This document shows, piece by piece, positions 51,588 through 64,000 of a DNA stretch of 64,000 nt. A program made the position numbers and the translations under genes. Under the pieces are notes generated by a model, which saw only the letters and a list, made by a program, of their open reading frames with translations, was not told the origin of the DNA and ran no database searches. The stretch comes from Anaeramoeba ignava BMAN (Eukaryota > Protista > Anaeramoebae), in contig JAPDFW010000108.1 of the NCBI GenBank assembly GCA_028826165.1, positions 124,001 through 188,000 on the forward strand. The letters run 5' to 3'. Position 1 is the first letter of the stretch; each line of letters starts with the position of its first letter.

Positions 51588-54500
51588 CTATTTTTGTGAA
51601 AGAAAATCTTCTAATTCATCTGATAAACCAAGATTAAAATTTGAAATGTTTGTAATTGGATTATTATTTTTTGTTTTGTTTTGATTAATTTTTTTTGGTT
51701 TTTCATGATGTTGATGATGTTTATGATGTTTCTTTTTATGAATTTGTTTTTGAATTGGTTTTGATTCAATTTGATTTTGATTTTGATTTTTATTTGATTT
51801 AAAAAAATCAAACATACTATCTAAATTATCTTTTTCATTTGATACTTGATTTACTTTTGATTCAGCAGTAGAAATTAATTGATAATTTGAATTATCTTCT
51901 TCTTTTTTTTGATTTTCTTTAAAACTTTCATTTAATAAAAATTCAAAATCGAATGGATCTTTTAAATTTTGATTTTTTGAAACATTTTTTGAAACATTTT
52001 TTGAAACATTTTTTGAAGGGAAAATATCAATAGTATCAAAATTAAGAAGATTATCTGAAGGATTTATTTTTTTATGATGTTTTTTATGATGTTTTTTTGG
52101 AATTTTTTGATTTGGATTTTGAATTGGATTTTGAATTGTATTTTGATTTTGATTTTGATTTTGATTTTGAATTGTGCTTTGAATGATGTTTTGAATTTGA
52201 TTTTGAATTTGATTTTGAATTGGATTTGGATTTTGAATTGGATTTGGATTTGGATTTTGATTTGAATTTTGAATTGGATTTTGATTTTGATTTTGATTTT
52301 GAATTGGATTTTGAATTGGATTTTGAATTGGATTTTGAATTGTGTTTTCTTCTAAATTTGTTGTTTGATCCGAATTAGAAAAATCTTTAATCCTATTTTC
52401 TTCAACAATTTTTAACATTTTCTTTAATATTTTCATTATTGTATTATATTGTTGATAATTAATGCTTAATTCAACTGTTAAAGGAGAAATTAAAGGAATC
52501 AATTTTTTTGCAATTATTGAATGAGGAATATTTTTATGAGATGAAATACAATCACAAAGACCAGCAATACTTAGAATAATTGCTGGAGTTTGTTCATGAG
52601 ATAATTTTTTTAAAGAAGGAATTAATGTTTTTGTTATCATATCTTTATCAAATAATTTAAGTGTTTCTTTGATACAAATTAATGATTGAACTTTAACTGA
52701 AACTTCTGAATTTTTTGTTGCAATTTCACAAATTTTGGGAATTATTTTTTCTTTAAAAACTAAAAATTCAATTTTATCAGCAAAAAGTGGTGTTTTTTTA
52801 AGTAAAAGTCCTTGTAATTGAAAATTTGTTGAATTGATTATTCTGTATATAAAAGGCATAATAACTAATTTAATATCGAAATTTTAATTTTAATTTTAAT
52901 TTTAAATTTAAATTTAAATTTAAATAAATTTTAATTTTAATTTTAAATAAATTTTAATTTTAATTTTAATTTTAAAATGAATTTTAATTTTAATTAAATT
53001 TTTTTTTTTATAAATGAATTTTAATTTTACTTTTTTAAATTTTAATTTCAAAATGTTTTTAATTTTAAATTTTAATTTAAATTTTTAAAAGTTTTATATT
53101 AATTTTAATTTTAATTTTATAAATAACTTTTTTTTGATTTACAATTTTTTGTGATTTTTCAAGTAAAAACATGTGCTTTAAAAATTAACTTTTTCTGAAA
53201 GTGTTTTTCAACAATCAAAAATCATTGGAATTCATTTTGGATTATCAACTTTGTAAAATCTTAAAGTTGAATTCTTAATTTGAAGGAAAAACATCATTGA
53301 TTTTAAATTATCCCATAATTTTTCAAGAATTTTATGATTTTTAAATAATATTTTCAATTGTTTTTATTCTTGATTTATAATCTTCAATATTTCCTTTTGA
53401 ATTTATAAATGTTTTCCATTTTATTTTTGAAAATTTTTCAAGTAAAACATCAAAAAACATATAAAAATTAACTTTTCTGAAAAATTTTTCAACAAGAGAT
53501 TCTAAATCAATAATAAATTGAAGTAATTCATTTTAATTTATAATTTTAATTTTAATTTTAATTTTATAAATTAATTTTGATTAAATTTTAATTTTGGATT
53601 TTTAATTTGGATTTTAATTTCATTTTGATTTTAAATTATTTTAATAATTTTAATTTTAATTTTTTTAAACATTTCATTTTAATTTTAATTTTAATTTTTT
53701 TTATTTTTGATTTTAATTTTAATTTTAATTTTAATTTTGAATTTATAAATTTTCCATTTTCAAAATTTGAAAATAATTCAAAGATTAAACATCCAAAATT
53801 ATCAAAAACATATCAGGAAATTAAAATTAATATTTGAATCAAAAATGCAATTTCAATGATGTGATAGTAATAAATGAGGTTGTAAATTTAAATGGATTTT
53901 TGACTAATTTTAATTTTAATTTTAATTTTAATTTTAATTTTAATTTTATAAATTAATTTTGATTTTAATTTTAATTTTAATTTTAATTTTAATTTTGAAT
54001 TTTAATTTTAATTTAAAACTTTTAACATTTGGCCAAATATTATTCAAATTATAAGTATAAGGAAGATTTGATTGCTTAAATTGATTATTAATTGAATACA
54101 TAAAACCAGCAACTTTCCAATGATGTGATGGAGTAATAAATATACATTCAGGTAATAAATTTAAATGAATTAATGTTGGAACACTATGAATAAAAGTTAA
54201 AGCTTCTCCAATTTCTTTTAAACCATATTGAATCTTAATTATAATTTATAAATTAATTTTAATTTTAATTTTGAATTTTAATTTTAATTTTAATTTTAAT
54301 TTTAATTTTAATTTTAATTTTAATTTTAATTTTAATTTTAATTATAATTTTAATTTTAATTTTAATTTTAATTTTAATTTTAATTTTAATTTTATAAATT
54401 AATTAATTTGAATTTGAATTTGAATTTGAATTTTAATTTTATAAATTAATTAATTTGAATTTGAATTTGAATTATAATTTTAAATTTAAAAAAAGTAAAA

Positions 54501-54887
54501 TACTTCAAGAGAATCAATTTGATATTCTTTTAAATCAGTAGGAACATTATCTAAATTGGAATAATTTCCTCTCAAATTAGCTAAAGAAGCATAAACAGGT
54601 TCAGTTATAAAAGCGAATTCATTTTTACTTTCAATAGGTTGAGATTGAACTTGTAAAATTTGAGGATGTCTTAATTTTAATAAGTTTTTCACTTCATTTC
54701 TTAAATTTTCTATAAATTGTTGTTTATTTTGTTTTGTTGTTTGAATTGAATTTTTTTCAAAAAGAAAAACTGAAACTTTTTCTAATGTTGCTTTTTTTAT
54801 TGCTGGATATATTTTCCAACAAAATGATGGTCCTCCACTTGCTATTTGATTTTCTACATCATATTCTTTATTAATTTGATTTCCCAT
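51588..54887 (-). CDS. SCYL2: SCYL2/Scy1-like pseudokinase with HEAT repeats; exon 1 54504-54887, exon 2 from 54233, middle segment 52860-54000 garbled
   Basis: [12 protein letters not shown]…[38 protein letters not shown]…[23 protein letters not shown]; HEAT region [11 protein letters not shown]…FDK. Confidence 0.8.
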
Positions 54888-55198
54888 TTATTTATTTTTT
54901 GAAAAGAAAAAAAATGAAAAAAAAATTTTTAAAAAATTAAAATTAAAATTTAAATTAAAAATTAAAATTAAAATTAAAATTAAAATTAAAATTAAAATTA
55001 AAATTAAAATTAAAATTTAAAATTAAAATTAAAATTAAAATTTTATAAAAATAAAATTAAAATTAAAATTAAAATTAAAATTAAAATTAAAATTAAAATT
55101 AAAATTAAAAATTAAAATTAAAATTAAAATTAAAATTAAAATTAAAAATTTCATTTTTTTCTTTTCCAATTTTTATTTAAATTTAAAATAATAAAAAA

Positions 55199-57370
55199 AT
55201 GTCTTTTTTTGAAGGATTTCAATTTGAAAATGAAAATGAAAATGAAAATGAAAATGAAAATGAAAATGAAAATGAATTTTCTTTATTTAGAGATTGTATT
55301 CTATTTTTAATTGATGGAAGTTTTCAAATGTTAAATTCTTCAACTTCAAATATTGAAATTGCATTGAAATGTTTTCTTTTTACTTTAACAGATAAAATTG
55401 CAACAAATCCATCTGATATGACTGCTTTATGTTTTTTTAATTCTAAAAATGAAAAAAATTTAAATGGTTTTTCTAATATTTATGTTCTTTATGATTTTCA
55501 AAAACCTTCAATTAAACGAATAAAAGTAAAAATTATTATTAAAATTAAAATTAAAATTAAATTTGAAATTATTATTAAAATTCATTTAAAATTAAAATTA
55601 AAATTTAAAATTAAAATTAAAATTAAAATTAAAATTAAAATTAAAATTAAAATTAAAATTAAAATTAAAATTAAAATTAAAATTAAAATTAAAATTAAAT
55701 TAAAATTGAAATTAAAATTAAAATTAAAATTAAAATTAAAATTAAAATTAAAATTAAAATTAAAATTAAAATTAAAATTAAATTAAAATTAAAATTAAAT
55801 TTGAAATTCATTTTGAAATTAAAATTAAAATTCATTTATAAAATTTAAATCAAAAATTTAGGAAGTAATCAATTTTACATCAAAAAATACAAATGAACAA
55901 TACTCTCTTCAAATTGGTTCATCAGATGATAATTCTAAAACAACATTTGAACAAGTTCTTATTGCTTGTTCAACTTTATTTTCAAGTAATCAAGATGCAA
56001 ACAAAGCAGATTATAAAAGAATATTTATTTTTACAAACAATGATTCTCCAAATAATTTTGATAATCAACTTAATGAGAAAAGTTATGAAATTGGAACAAA
56101 ATTAATGAATTCAGGAATTGTTTTTGAATTATTTGCTTTGGATCAAAATTTCCAACTTGAAAATTTTTATGAAAACTTTTTGTTTCCAAAAAATGATTTA
56201 AATTTACAAACAAGAAATGCATTTGTAAAATTAAATGAAAATTATGTTGAGGATTTATATGCACAAGTTAGAAGAAAAGAACATCAAATTAAATCAATTG
56301 CAAATATCCCAATGAAACTTCCTGGAAATCTTGAAATTAGTATTAAAGTTTATCCAGTTATCAAAAAGAATCCAAAAAAAAACCTTGTTTGGTTAAATCC
56401 AAATAATTTAAATCAACAACTTGAAAAAAGAACAGTTTGGGTTTCTAAAACAACAGACCAAATCCATCGTCAATCCCAAATTGGCCAATATTGTGAATAT
56501 GATGGAACACAAATACCACTTACTAATGATGAATTATCTCTATTGAAATATTATTCACAACCTTGTCTTGATATTTTTGGATTCAAATCAAAAAATTACT
56601 TGAAATTTCTTTATAACATTTCAACCTCCTTCTTGGTTTATCCAAATGAATACCTTCAAGAAGGAAGCTCTACTTTGTTATCAACTTTATATCAAAAAAT
56701 GATTGAGAAAAATGTTATTGCAATTGGTTTTTATCTTCCAAAAGAAGGATTTGAAAAAATTTTAATTGCTTTGGTTCCTTTACAAGAAAAAAAAGATCAA
56801 AATGATGATCTAATTTTACAAAAAGGTTTCGGATTAATTCCTTTACCTTATTCTGATGATATTAGAAAAATACCTTTAAAACCTCTTAATTATCCAAATC
56901 AAATCCAAAATTCTATTCAAAATTCAATTGATTTTATTCAAAAATTTCAAATTAATTTTGATTCTTGGGATTTTGAAGATCCTGCTTTGCAACAATTTTA
57001 TTTAAAACTTCATCAATTAGCTCTTTCTAATCATTTCTCAATTTTAAATTCAAATTCAAATTCAAATTCAAATTCAAATTCAAATGAAATTATTGATAGA
57101 ATTAAACCTGATTCAGAAAGAATTGGAAAATATTCAAAATTATTTTCTAATTTTGATCAATCAATAAATGAATGTGTTAATAAAGATAATAAAGAAGAAA
57201 AAGAAAAGAAAAAGAAAAAAAAGAAAAAGAAAAAGAAAAAGACAAAAAGAAAGGAAAAGAAAAGAAAAAGAAATCAAAAAAAAATAAAAGAAAAGAAGAT
57301 TAAAAAAGAAAGAAAAAGAATTTATTATTTAAAAGACATTTTACCCATTTTTTTTATTTTGCTATATTAA
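55199..57370 (+). CDS. XRCC6: Ku70 (NHEJ DNA end-binding); exons 55199-55525 and 55862-57370; C-terminus uncertain
   Basis: RDCILFLIDGS, DKIATNPSDMTALCFFN, YKRIFIFTNNDSP, FLVYPNEYLQEGSSTL, GFGLIPLPYSDDIR and FEDPALQQFY. Confidence 0.92.
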
Positions 57371-57703
57371 AAAAATTAAAAAATAATTTAATAAAAAAAT
57401 AATATAGCAAAATAATTGAGATCAAGAAAAATAAAAAGAAAAAAAAAATTTATTTTTTATTATTTGCTATTTTTTTAATAATAATAAAAATTAATTAAAT
57501 TTATTTGCCATTTTGGTTTTTTTTAAGTTTTTAAAAGAAATTTTTTTTATTTAATTAAAATTCACTTTTTATTTTTACTTTTTTATAATTTTTTTTTATA
57601 ATTCCACAAAAAAAAAAAAAAGTAATCAAAAAAAAATTAAATTAAATTAAATTCTTAAATTAAATTAAAATTAAATTTTTGTTTTTAAATTTTTAAATAG
57701 AAA

Positions 57704-59782
57704 ATGAAAATTACCTTAATAATTCTTCTTGTTTTCTGCTTTGTTCTTGTTCAAAATGAAATTACTGAACTTGGTACTTATGAATTCCCTCCAACATTAA
57801 TGGATCCAAGTTGTTCTTTCATTGATGAAAATGAATTTCTTTATTTCGCAACTTACTCAGAACCATCAATTCTTTTCAAATATCAAATTGATCCATTTGA
57901 AATAGAAGATTATGTTGAATTAGAAATTAACAATATTTCAAGTTATGTTGTTGATCCAATAAGAAAAGTTGCTTATTTTGGATCTGATACTGAAATTGGA
58001 GAGATTTTACAATTCAATTTGACAAATTTTACTACAATTAGTAAAATCAACACTTCTTCAAATGGACATTTACTTGCAGCTACTGTTGATTCTTTATATG
58101 AATATGCTTATTTCATTTCTAGTAATTCATCTTCACTCATTGTTCTCAAACTCAATCTTTCCACTTTCGAAATTGATGATTCTTTGGAACTTCCAAGTTA
58201 TACAGATGATTGCTATTTTGCTATTGCTGATAATGTTACTGAATCACTTTATTTGGGTTTGTATTCATCACCTGGAAAAATAATCAAGATTTCTTTGCAA
58301 GATTTCACCTTTACTGATGATTTGGAATTGAATACTGATGAGGATTACATAAATGTTGGCATTCTTGAACCTTCATATAAAATTCTTTATGTGGCAACTT
58401 ATACTTCACCTTCTTTAGTTGTTAAAATCAATTTAACAAATTTCCAAGAAGTTGATTTCTTATCTTTAGCTTCAGTAAATCTTGGTAAAACTGCTTCTAT
58501 TGATCCTGTTAATAGAATTGGGTATTTCACTGGAGATGTTAATTCAGGTCCTCTTGCAAAAGTTAATTTAACAAGTTTTTCAATATCTAAAACAACATCA
58601 ATTTCAGGATATCCAAAAACTGCAGCTGTTGATCTTTCTAATAATTCAGGATATTTTGGTTTTGATGCAAAAATCGTTAAAATCGGATTAGCAAACTTAA
58701 CAAAAGATGCAACTTATCTCACTCCACAATTCAAGAAACCATCAGTTATTCTAATTGATGAACAAGATGATATTGCTTATATTGGATTCTCCACTGAAGG
58801 AAACATTGTGATTTCAAGGTTTGATCTTCTCGAATTCAAAGTGAGCGATTCAATCTATGCATCAACAATCAATGCTGCTATTGTTTCAGGCCATTTGGAT
58901 AAGGAAAATGGATTTCTTTATTTTGGAACAGATTCAGAAACTCTTACAGTGATTAAAGTTGATTTTGTTAATTTTGAAATTGTGGAAGAAAAATCCTTGA
59001 TCACTCTTCCAAACAGCCATCTAGCAACATCTGTATTCGATGTGGCTAACGACATGATCTATTTTGGAGTAAATGATGATAATGATACTTATGTGATTAA
59101 AGTGAGTTCTCCAGATTTAAGTGTTCAATCAAACATTTCTTACAATGATTCCCAGATTTCACAAGGAGCTATTGATGTTTCACATGGATTCATGTATTTC
59201 CTTCTTAGTGATTCTGTTGGAGGTTCTTCATTTGCCAAAATCCAAATTTCCAATTTTGCACCAATTTCAAATGTCTCCATTACCCAAACTTCAATTAAAT
59301 CACTTGTTCTCGATTCTCAACATGAAGTTCTTTTTTGTGGGACTTATTCTATTGTTGAAGGTTATGGTGTTTCTGATTCAGCAGTTTGTCAAGTTGATTT
59401 GTCTGATTTCTCCTTTAGAACTTGTATTGGAATCAACGATACTAATGGATTTCCAACAGGATTTCTTGAACCTTCAGGAAGTTTTGTTTATTTTGCATCT
59501 GATGATTCTCCAATTCAAATTTTCAAGTTTTCTTCTAGTTCTTTAGAAGTAATTGAAAACATAACACTTACTTCAGGAAATGATTTTGCTTGGTCTTCTG
59601 CTGCTGATACTTCAACTGGATTTGTTTATATTGGAACTGATCAAGAACCAACTCGTCTTGTTAAAATTCAAGCTTTTACTCCTCCTGATCCAACTCCTTC
59701 TCCTCCTCCAAGTTCAAGTAATCAAATCGTTTTTTCAATTTTGTTTTTTGGATTTTTGGTTCTTTTGAATTTCTATGATTAA
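57704..59782 (+). CDS. Secreted, probably GPI-anchored repeat protein (predicted double beta-propeller), paralog of 24334-26547
   Basis: Signal peptide; repeats YFGTDxxPxxIVKIxLxxF; PTPSPPPSSS followed by a hydrophobic C-terminus. Confidence 0.72.
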   Translation: MKITLIILLVFCFVLVQNEITELGTYEFPPTLMDPSCSFIDENEFLYFATYSEPSILFKYQIDPFEIEDYVELEINNISSYVVDPIRKVAYFGSDTEIGEILQFNLTNFTTISKINTSSNGHLLAATVDSLYEYAYFISSNSSSLIVLKLNLSTFEIDDSLELPSYTDDCYFAIADNVTESLYLGLYSSPGKIIKISLQDFTFTDDLELNTDEDYINVGILEPSYKILYVATYTSPSLVVKINLTNFQEVDFLSLASVNLGKTASIDPVNRIGYFTGDVNSGPLAKVNLTSFSISKTTSISGYPKTAAVDLSNNSGYFGFDAKIVKIGLANLTKDATYLTPQFKKPSVILIDEQDDIAYIGFSTEGNIVISRFDLLEFKVSDSIYASTINAAIVSGHLDKENGFLYFGTDSETLTVIKVDFVNFEIVEEKSLITLPNSHLATSVFDVANDMIYFGVNDDNDTYVIKVSSPDLSVQSNISYNDSQISQGAIDVSHGFMYFLLSDSVGGSSFAKIQISNFAPISNVSITQTSIKSLVLDSQHEVLFCGTYSIVEGYGVSDSAVCQVDLSDFSFRTCIGINDTNGFPTGFLEPSGSFVYFASDDSPIQIFKFSSSSLEVIENITLTSGNDFAWSSAADTSTGFVYIGTDQEPTRLVKIQAFTPPDPTPSPPPSSSNQIVFSILFFGFLVLLNFYD

Positions 59783-59997
59783 TTTTCCTTTTTTTTTTTT
59801 GAATTTTTTTCCCAAATTTAATAAAAACAAATTCCACAAAAGAATTAATTTTTCTTTTTATTCAATTTTTTTCCTTTTCTTTTGATCTTATTTTTCAATT
59901 TTTTTTCCTAAATTAAATAAAAGAAAATTCCACAAAACAATTTTTTTCATTTTTTTTCTTTCAAACAAAAACAAAAAACTTTAATCCAATTTTTAAA

Positions 59998-60589
59998 ATG
60001 CAGAATTTGGAAAAATTTATTTTCAGAAAAGAGACTTTATTCATTCTTTTTCTTATTACTTCACTTTTGATTCAGTTAAATGAAAAAAAATTCAATAGAT
60101 TGGAAAAAGAGTTGAATGATTTAAAAAAAGAAAAAGAAGATGAAAACCTTTCAAATTTATTGTTAAAAGAAGATAAAGATATTAAAAGTATTTTTATATT
60201 TATTTAATTTAATTTAAAATTATTTATCCTTTTTAAAATTTGTTAAGAAAATCAAAATAAAATTACAGAATTGAAAGGAATTGAAGCAATTATTAATCCA
60301 ATGAATAAATTTGTGGATAATGAAAAAATTCAAGAAAATGGATTAGGAGCTTTAATTAATATTGTTTTGAATGAAGGTAAAATCAAAATCAAATAAATAA
60401 AATATTATTTTTTGAAATTCTTATTTTGAATAAAATCAATCAAAAAAAAACATTCTTCAGAAAATCAAAATAAAATTACAGAATTGAAAGGAATTGAAAC
60501 AATTATTAATGCGATAAATAAATTTCCAAATAATAAAGAGATTCAAAAAAAAGGAATTGGAACTTTAAGGAATATTGCTTTGAATGAAG
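59998..60589 (+). CDS. ARM-repeat gene copy 1: leader exon 59998-60187 and ARM exons 60248-60376, 60461-60589; 3' end degenerate
   Basis: Each 129-nt AG..GT-bounded phase-1 exon encodes ENQNKITELKGIExIINxMxxFxxNxxIQxxGxxxLxNIxxNE. Confidence 0.75.
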
Positions 60590-61209
60590 GTAAAATCAAA
60601 ATCAAAATCAAAATCAAAATCAAAATCAAAATCAAAATCAAAATTAAAATCAAAATTAAAATCAAAATCAAAATCAAAATTAAAATTAAAATTAAAATCA
60701 AAATCAAAATCAAAATCAAAATCAAAATCAAAATCAAAATTAAAATCTAAATTAAAAATTAAATAATTTATTTTTGAAAAAAAAATTTAAACAAAATTAA
60801 AAGAATGATTTTTCATTTTAAATTAATTCAAAAAAGGAATGAAATAAATTTCAAATTGGATCAGAACTTTTAAAAAATTTCAATAATTTCAATTTTCAAA
60901 AATCATTTTTATTTTTTTTTTTGTTTTTAAATAAAAGAAAATTCTAAACAATTTAATTTTTGGTAAAGAAAATTAAAAACAATTTAATTTTTCCTTTTCT
61001 TCAATTTTTCCTTTTATTCATTTTTGAATTTTTCCAAATTTAAAAAAAGATAAAAATATTAAAATTTTTATTTATTCTTTTTAAGGAAAAAAAAACAAAT
61101 TAATTTTGAATAAAAATTTTAATTTATTTTTTTCATTTTTCTATTTTTTTTTGAAGAAATTTTTCATTTTTCTTAAAAACAAAAACAAAAAACTTTATCA
61201 AATTTTAAA

Positions 61210-62020
61210 ATGCAAATTTGGAAAAATTTATTTTCAAAAAAAAACTTTATTCATTTTTAAAATTCTTTCACTTTTAAATTCAGTATTAAATGAAAAATTT
61301 AATAGATTGGAAAAAGAGTTGAATGATTTAAAAAAAGAAAAAGAAGATGAAAACCTTTCAAATTTATTGTTAAAAGAAGATAAAAATATTAAAAGTATTT
61401 TTATTTTATTTAATTTAATTTAAAATTATTTATCCTTTTTAAAATTTATTAAGAAAATCAAAATAAAATTACAGAATTGAAAGGAATTGAAGCAATTATT
61501 AATCCAATGAATAAATTTGTGGATAATGAAAAAATTCAAGAAAATGGATTAGAAAATTAGGAAATATTGTTTTGAATGAAGGTAAAATAAATCAAATAAA
61601 TAAAATAATTTGTTTTTTTGAAATTTTTATTTTGATTAAAATTAATCAATCAAAAAAAAATATTCTTCAGACAATCAAAATAAAATTACAGAATTGAAAG
61701 GAATTGAAACAATTATTAATCCAATGAATAATTTTCCAAATCATAAAGAAATTCAAGCAAATGGATTAAGAGCTTTAGCAAATATTGCTTCTAGTAATAA
61801 TGAAGGTAAAATAAAAAATAAATAAAATAATTTGGTTTTTTGAAATTTTTATTTTGATTAAAATTAATCAATCAAAAAAAAATATTATTCAGAAAATCAA
61901 AACAAAATTACAGAATTGAAAGGAATTGAAACAATTATTAATGCAATGAATAATTTTCCAAATCATAAAGAAATTCAAGCAAATGGATTAAGAGCTTTAT
62001 GGAATATTGCTTCGAATGAG
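61210..62020 (+). pseudogene. ARM-repeat gene copy 2: leader exon to 61394 and ARM exons 61454-61581, 61671-61805, 61893-62020; 1-nt indels (pseudogene or sequence error)
   Basis: Leader and exon-intron units are near-identical to copy 1; two exons are 128 nt. Confidence 0.6.
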
Positions 62021-62639
62021 GTAAAATCAAAATCAAAATCAAAATTCAAAATCAAAATCAAAATAAAATTAAAATTAAAATTAAAATTAAAATCAAAATC
62101 AAAATCAAAATCAAAATCAAAATTAAAATCAAAATTAAAATTAAAATTAAAATCAAAATTAAAAACAAAATTATTAATCAAAATGAATAAATTTAAAAAT
62201 AAAAAAAAAAATCAAAAAAAAAAAAATTAAAAGCAAAATGGAAAATTATAAAAATGAAGGTAAAAAAAATAAAAAAATAAAATAAAAAAAATAATTAAAA
62301 TCACCTTTTAAAATTAAAATAAAAATGAAAATTAAAATTAAAATCAAAAAATTAAAATTAAAAATTAAAATCAAAATCAAAATTAAAAATTAATTAAAAA
62401 TTTTTAAATTTGAAAAATTTTTAAACAAAATGAAAATTTGCAAAATTAAATTTAAATTAATTCAAAAGAATGGATAAATTTCCAAATAATCTAAAAATAT
62501 TAAAAATTGGGGATTAGAACTTTTTAACAAAAATTTTAAATTTTTCAATTTTTAAAAAAATTTTTCATTTTTCATTTTTCATTTTTTTTCTTTTGAAATA
62601 AAAAATAAAAACAAAAACAAAATTGAATCAATTTTTAAA

Positions 62640-64000
62640 ATGCGGAATTTGAAAAAATTTATTTTCAAAAAACAAACTTTATTTATTCTTTTTCTTGTTC
62701 TTTCACTTTTGATTCATTTAAATGAAAAAAAATTTAATAGATTGGAAAAAGAGTTGAATGATTTAAAAAAAGAAAAAGAAGATGAAAATCTTTCAAATTT
62801 ATTGTTAAAAGAAGATAAAGATATTAAAAGTATATTTATTTATATTTATTGAAAGAAAAAAAAAAGGAAAATTAATTTTGAATTAAAATTTTAATTTATT
62901 TTAATTTAAGAAATTATTGATTTAATGAAGAAATACCCAAAAAATGAAAAAATACAAAAAATGGATGTTTTGGATTATTTCAAATTTCAGAAACAAATGA
63001 AAGTAATTTTTATTTATTTTCCAAAATAAAAATAAAAAGAATTAATTTTAAAAATCTAAAAAAAGAACTATTAAATGAAGTATTAAAAGATGAAGGAATA
63101 GAAATATTAAAAATTCAATTTCAATTTCAATTTTAACAAAATTTCAAAAGATTTAAGTAATTATTTTAATTTAATTTAATTTAAAATTATTTATCCTTTT
63201 TAAAATTTATTAAGAAATTCAAAACAAAATTAGAGAATTGAAAGGAATTGAAACAATTATTAATATAATGAATTATTTACCTAATTATCAAGAAATTCAA
63301 AAAGATGGATTAGAAAATTTAGGAAATATTGCTTATGAAAATGAAGGTATCATCAAAAATAATATTTTTTTTTAAAAAAATAAATTTTTTAAAATTTTTA
63401 AATATTTTTGGTTTGCAAATCTTATTTTGAATAAAATTAATCAAAAAAATATTCTTCAGAAAATCAAAATAAAATTACAGAATTGAAAGGAATTGAAACA
63501 ATTATTAATACAATGAATAAATTTCCAAATCATAAAGAAATTCAAGCAAATGGATTAAGAGCTTTTATGAATATTGCTTATAAAAATGAAGGTAAAATCA
63601 AAAATAAATAAAATAATTTGTTTTTTTGAAATTTTTATTTTGAATAAAATCAATCAAAAAAATATTCTTTAGACAATAAAAACAAAATTAGAGAATTACA
63701 AGGAATTGAAGCAATTATTAATACAATGAATAAATTTCCAGAAAATGAAGAAATTCAAGCAAATGGATTAAGAGCTTTATGGAGTATTGCTTTTGAATGA
63801 AGGTAAAATAAAAAATTAAATAAAATAAATAAAATAAATAAAATAAATAAAATAAATAAAAAATAAATTTGTTTTTTTGAAATTCTTATTTTGAATAAAA
63901 TTAATCAACAAAAAAAAAACATTCTTCAGGCAATAGAAACAAAATTAGAGAATTGGAAGGAATTGAAACAATTATTAATGCAATGAATAAATTTCAGAAA
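62640..64000 (+). CDS. ARM-repeat gene copy 3, running off the window: leader 62640-62829, cap exon from 62911, ARM exons 63215-63346, 63460-63591, 63673-63802, 63930->64000
   Basis: Same phase-1 exon module with conserved flanking intron sequence (…ttattttgaataaaa…attcttcag). Confidence 0.75.

Overview
Very AT-rich, gene-dense, intron-containing eukaryotic nuclear DNA using the standard code. Its style (anaerobe-type GTP-PEPCK, expanded RCC1-BTB genes, NE/NQ/SK low-complexity tracts, TCA initiator-like motifs) suggests an anaerobic protist such as Anaeramoeba (Metamonada); that assignment is inference. Housekeeping genes reconstructed by hand, with splice sites where introns are present: PEPCK, SENP8/NEDP1, eIF2B-alpha (with a 3.4-kb almost pure A/T satellite intron), Ras, MO25, Vps39, a divergent Rab, CUL4, SCYL2 and Ku70. 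The most interesting content is three tandemly duplicated repeat-protein families with near-invariant scaffolds and hypervariable surface positions. These are (1) integrin-alpha-like FG-GAP/FN3 surface receptors, (2) RCC1-BTB-BTB putative Cullin-3 adaptors, two ending in a CaaX box, and (3) ARM-repeat genes built from one symmetric phase-1 exon per repeat. Together they look like a diversifying recognition repertoire. Also present are a twice-occurring non-coding element (an identical 72-nt double-hairpin head plus a ~100-nt tandem array) that brackets the RCC1-BTB cluster, and a predicted myristoylated CCCH-zinc-finger protein with a degenerate PARP-like domain. Many single-base frameshifts and two scrambled segments are probably assembly errors.
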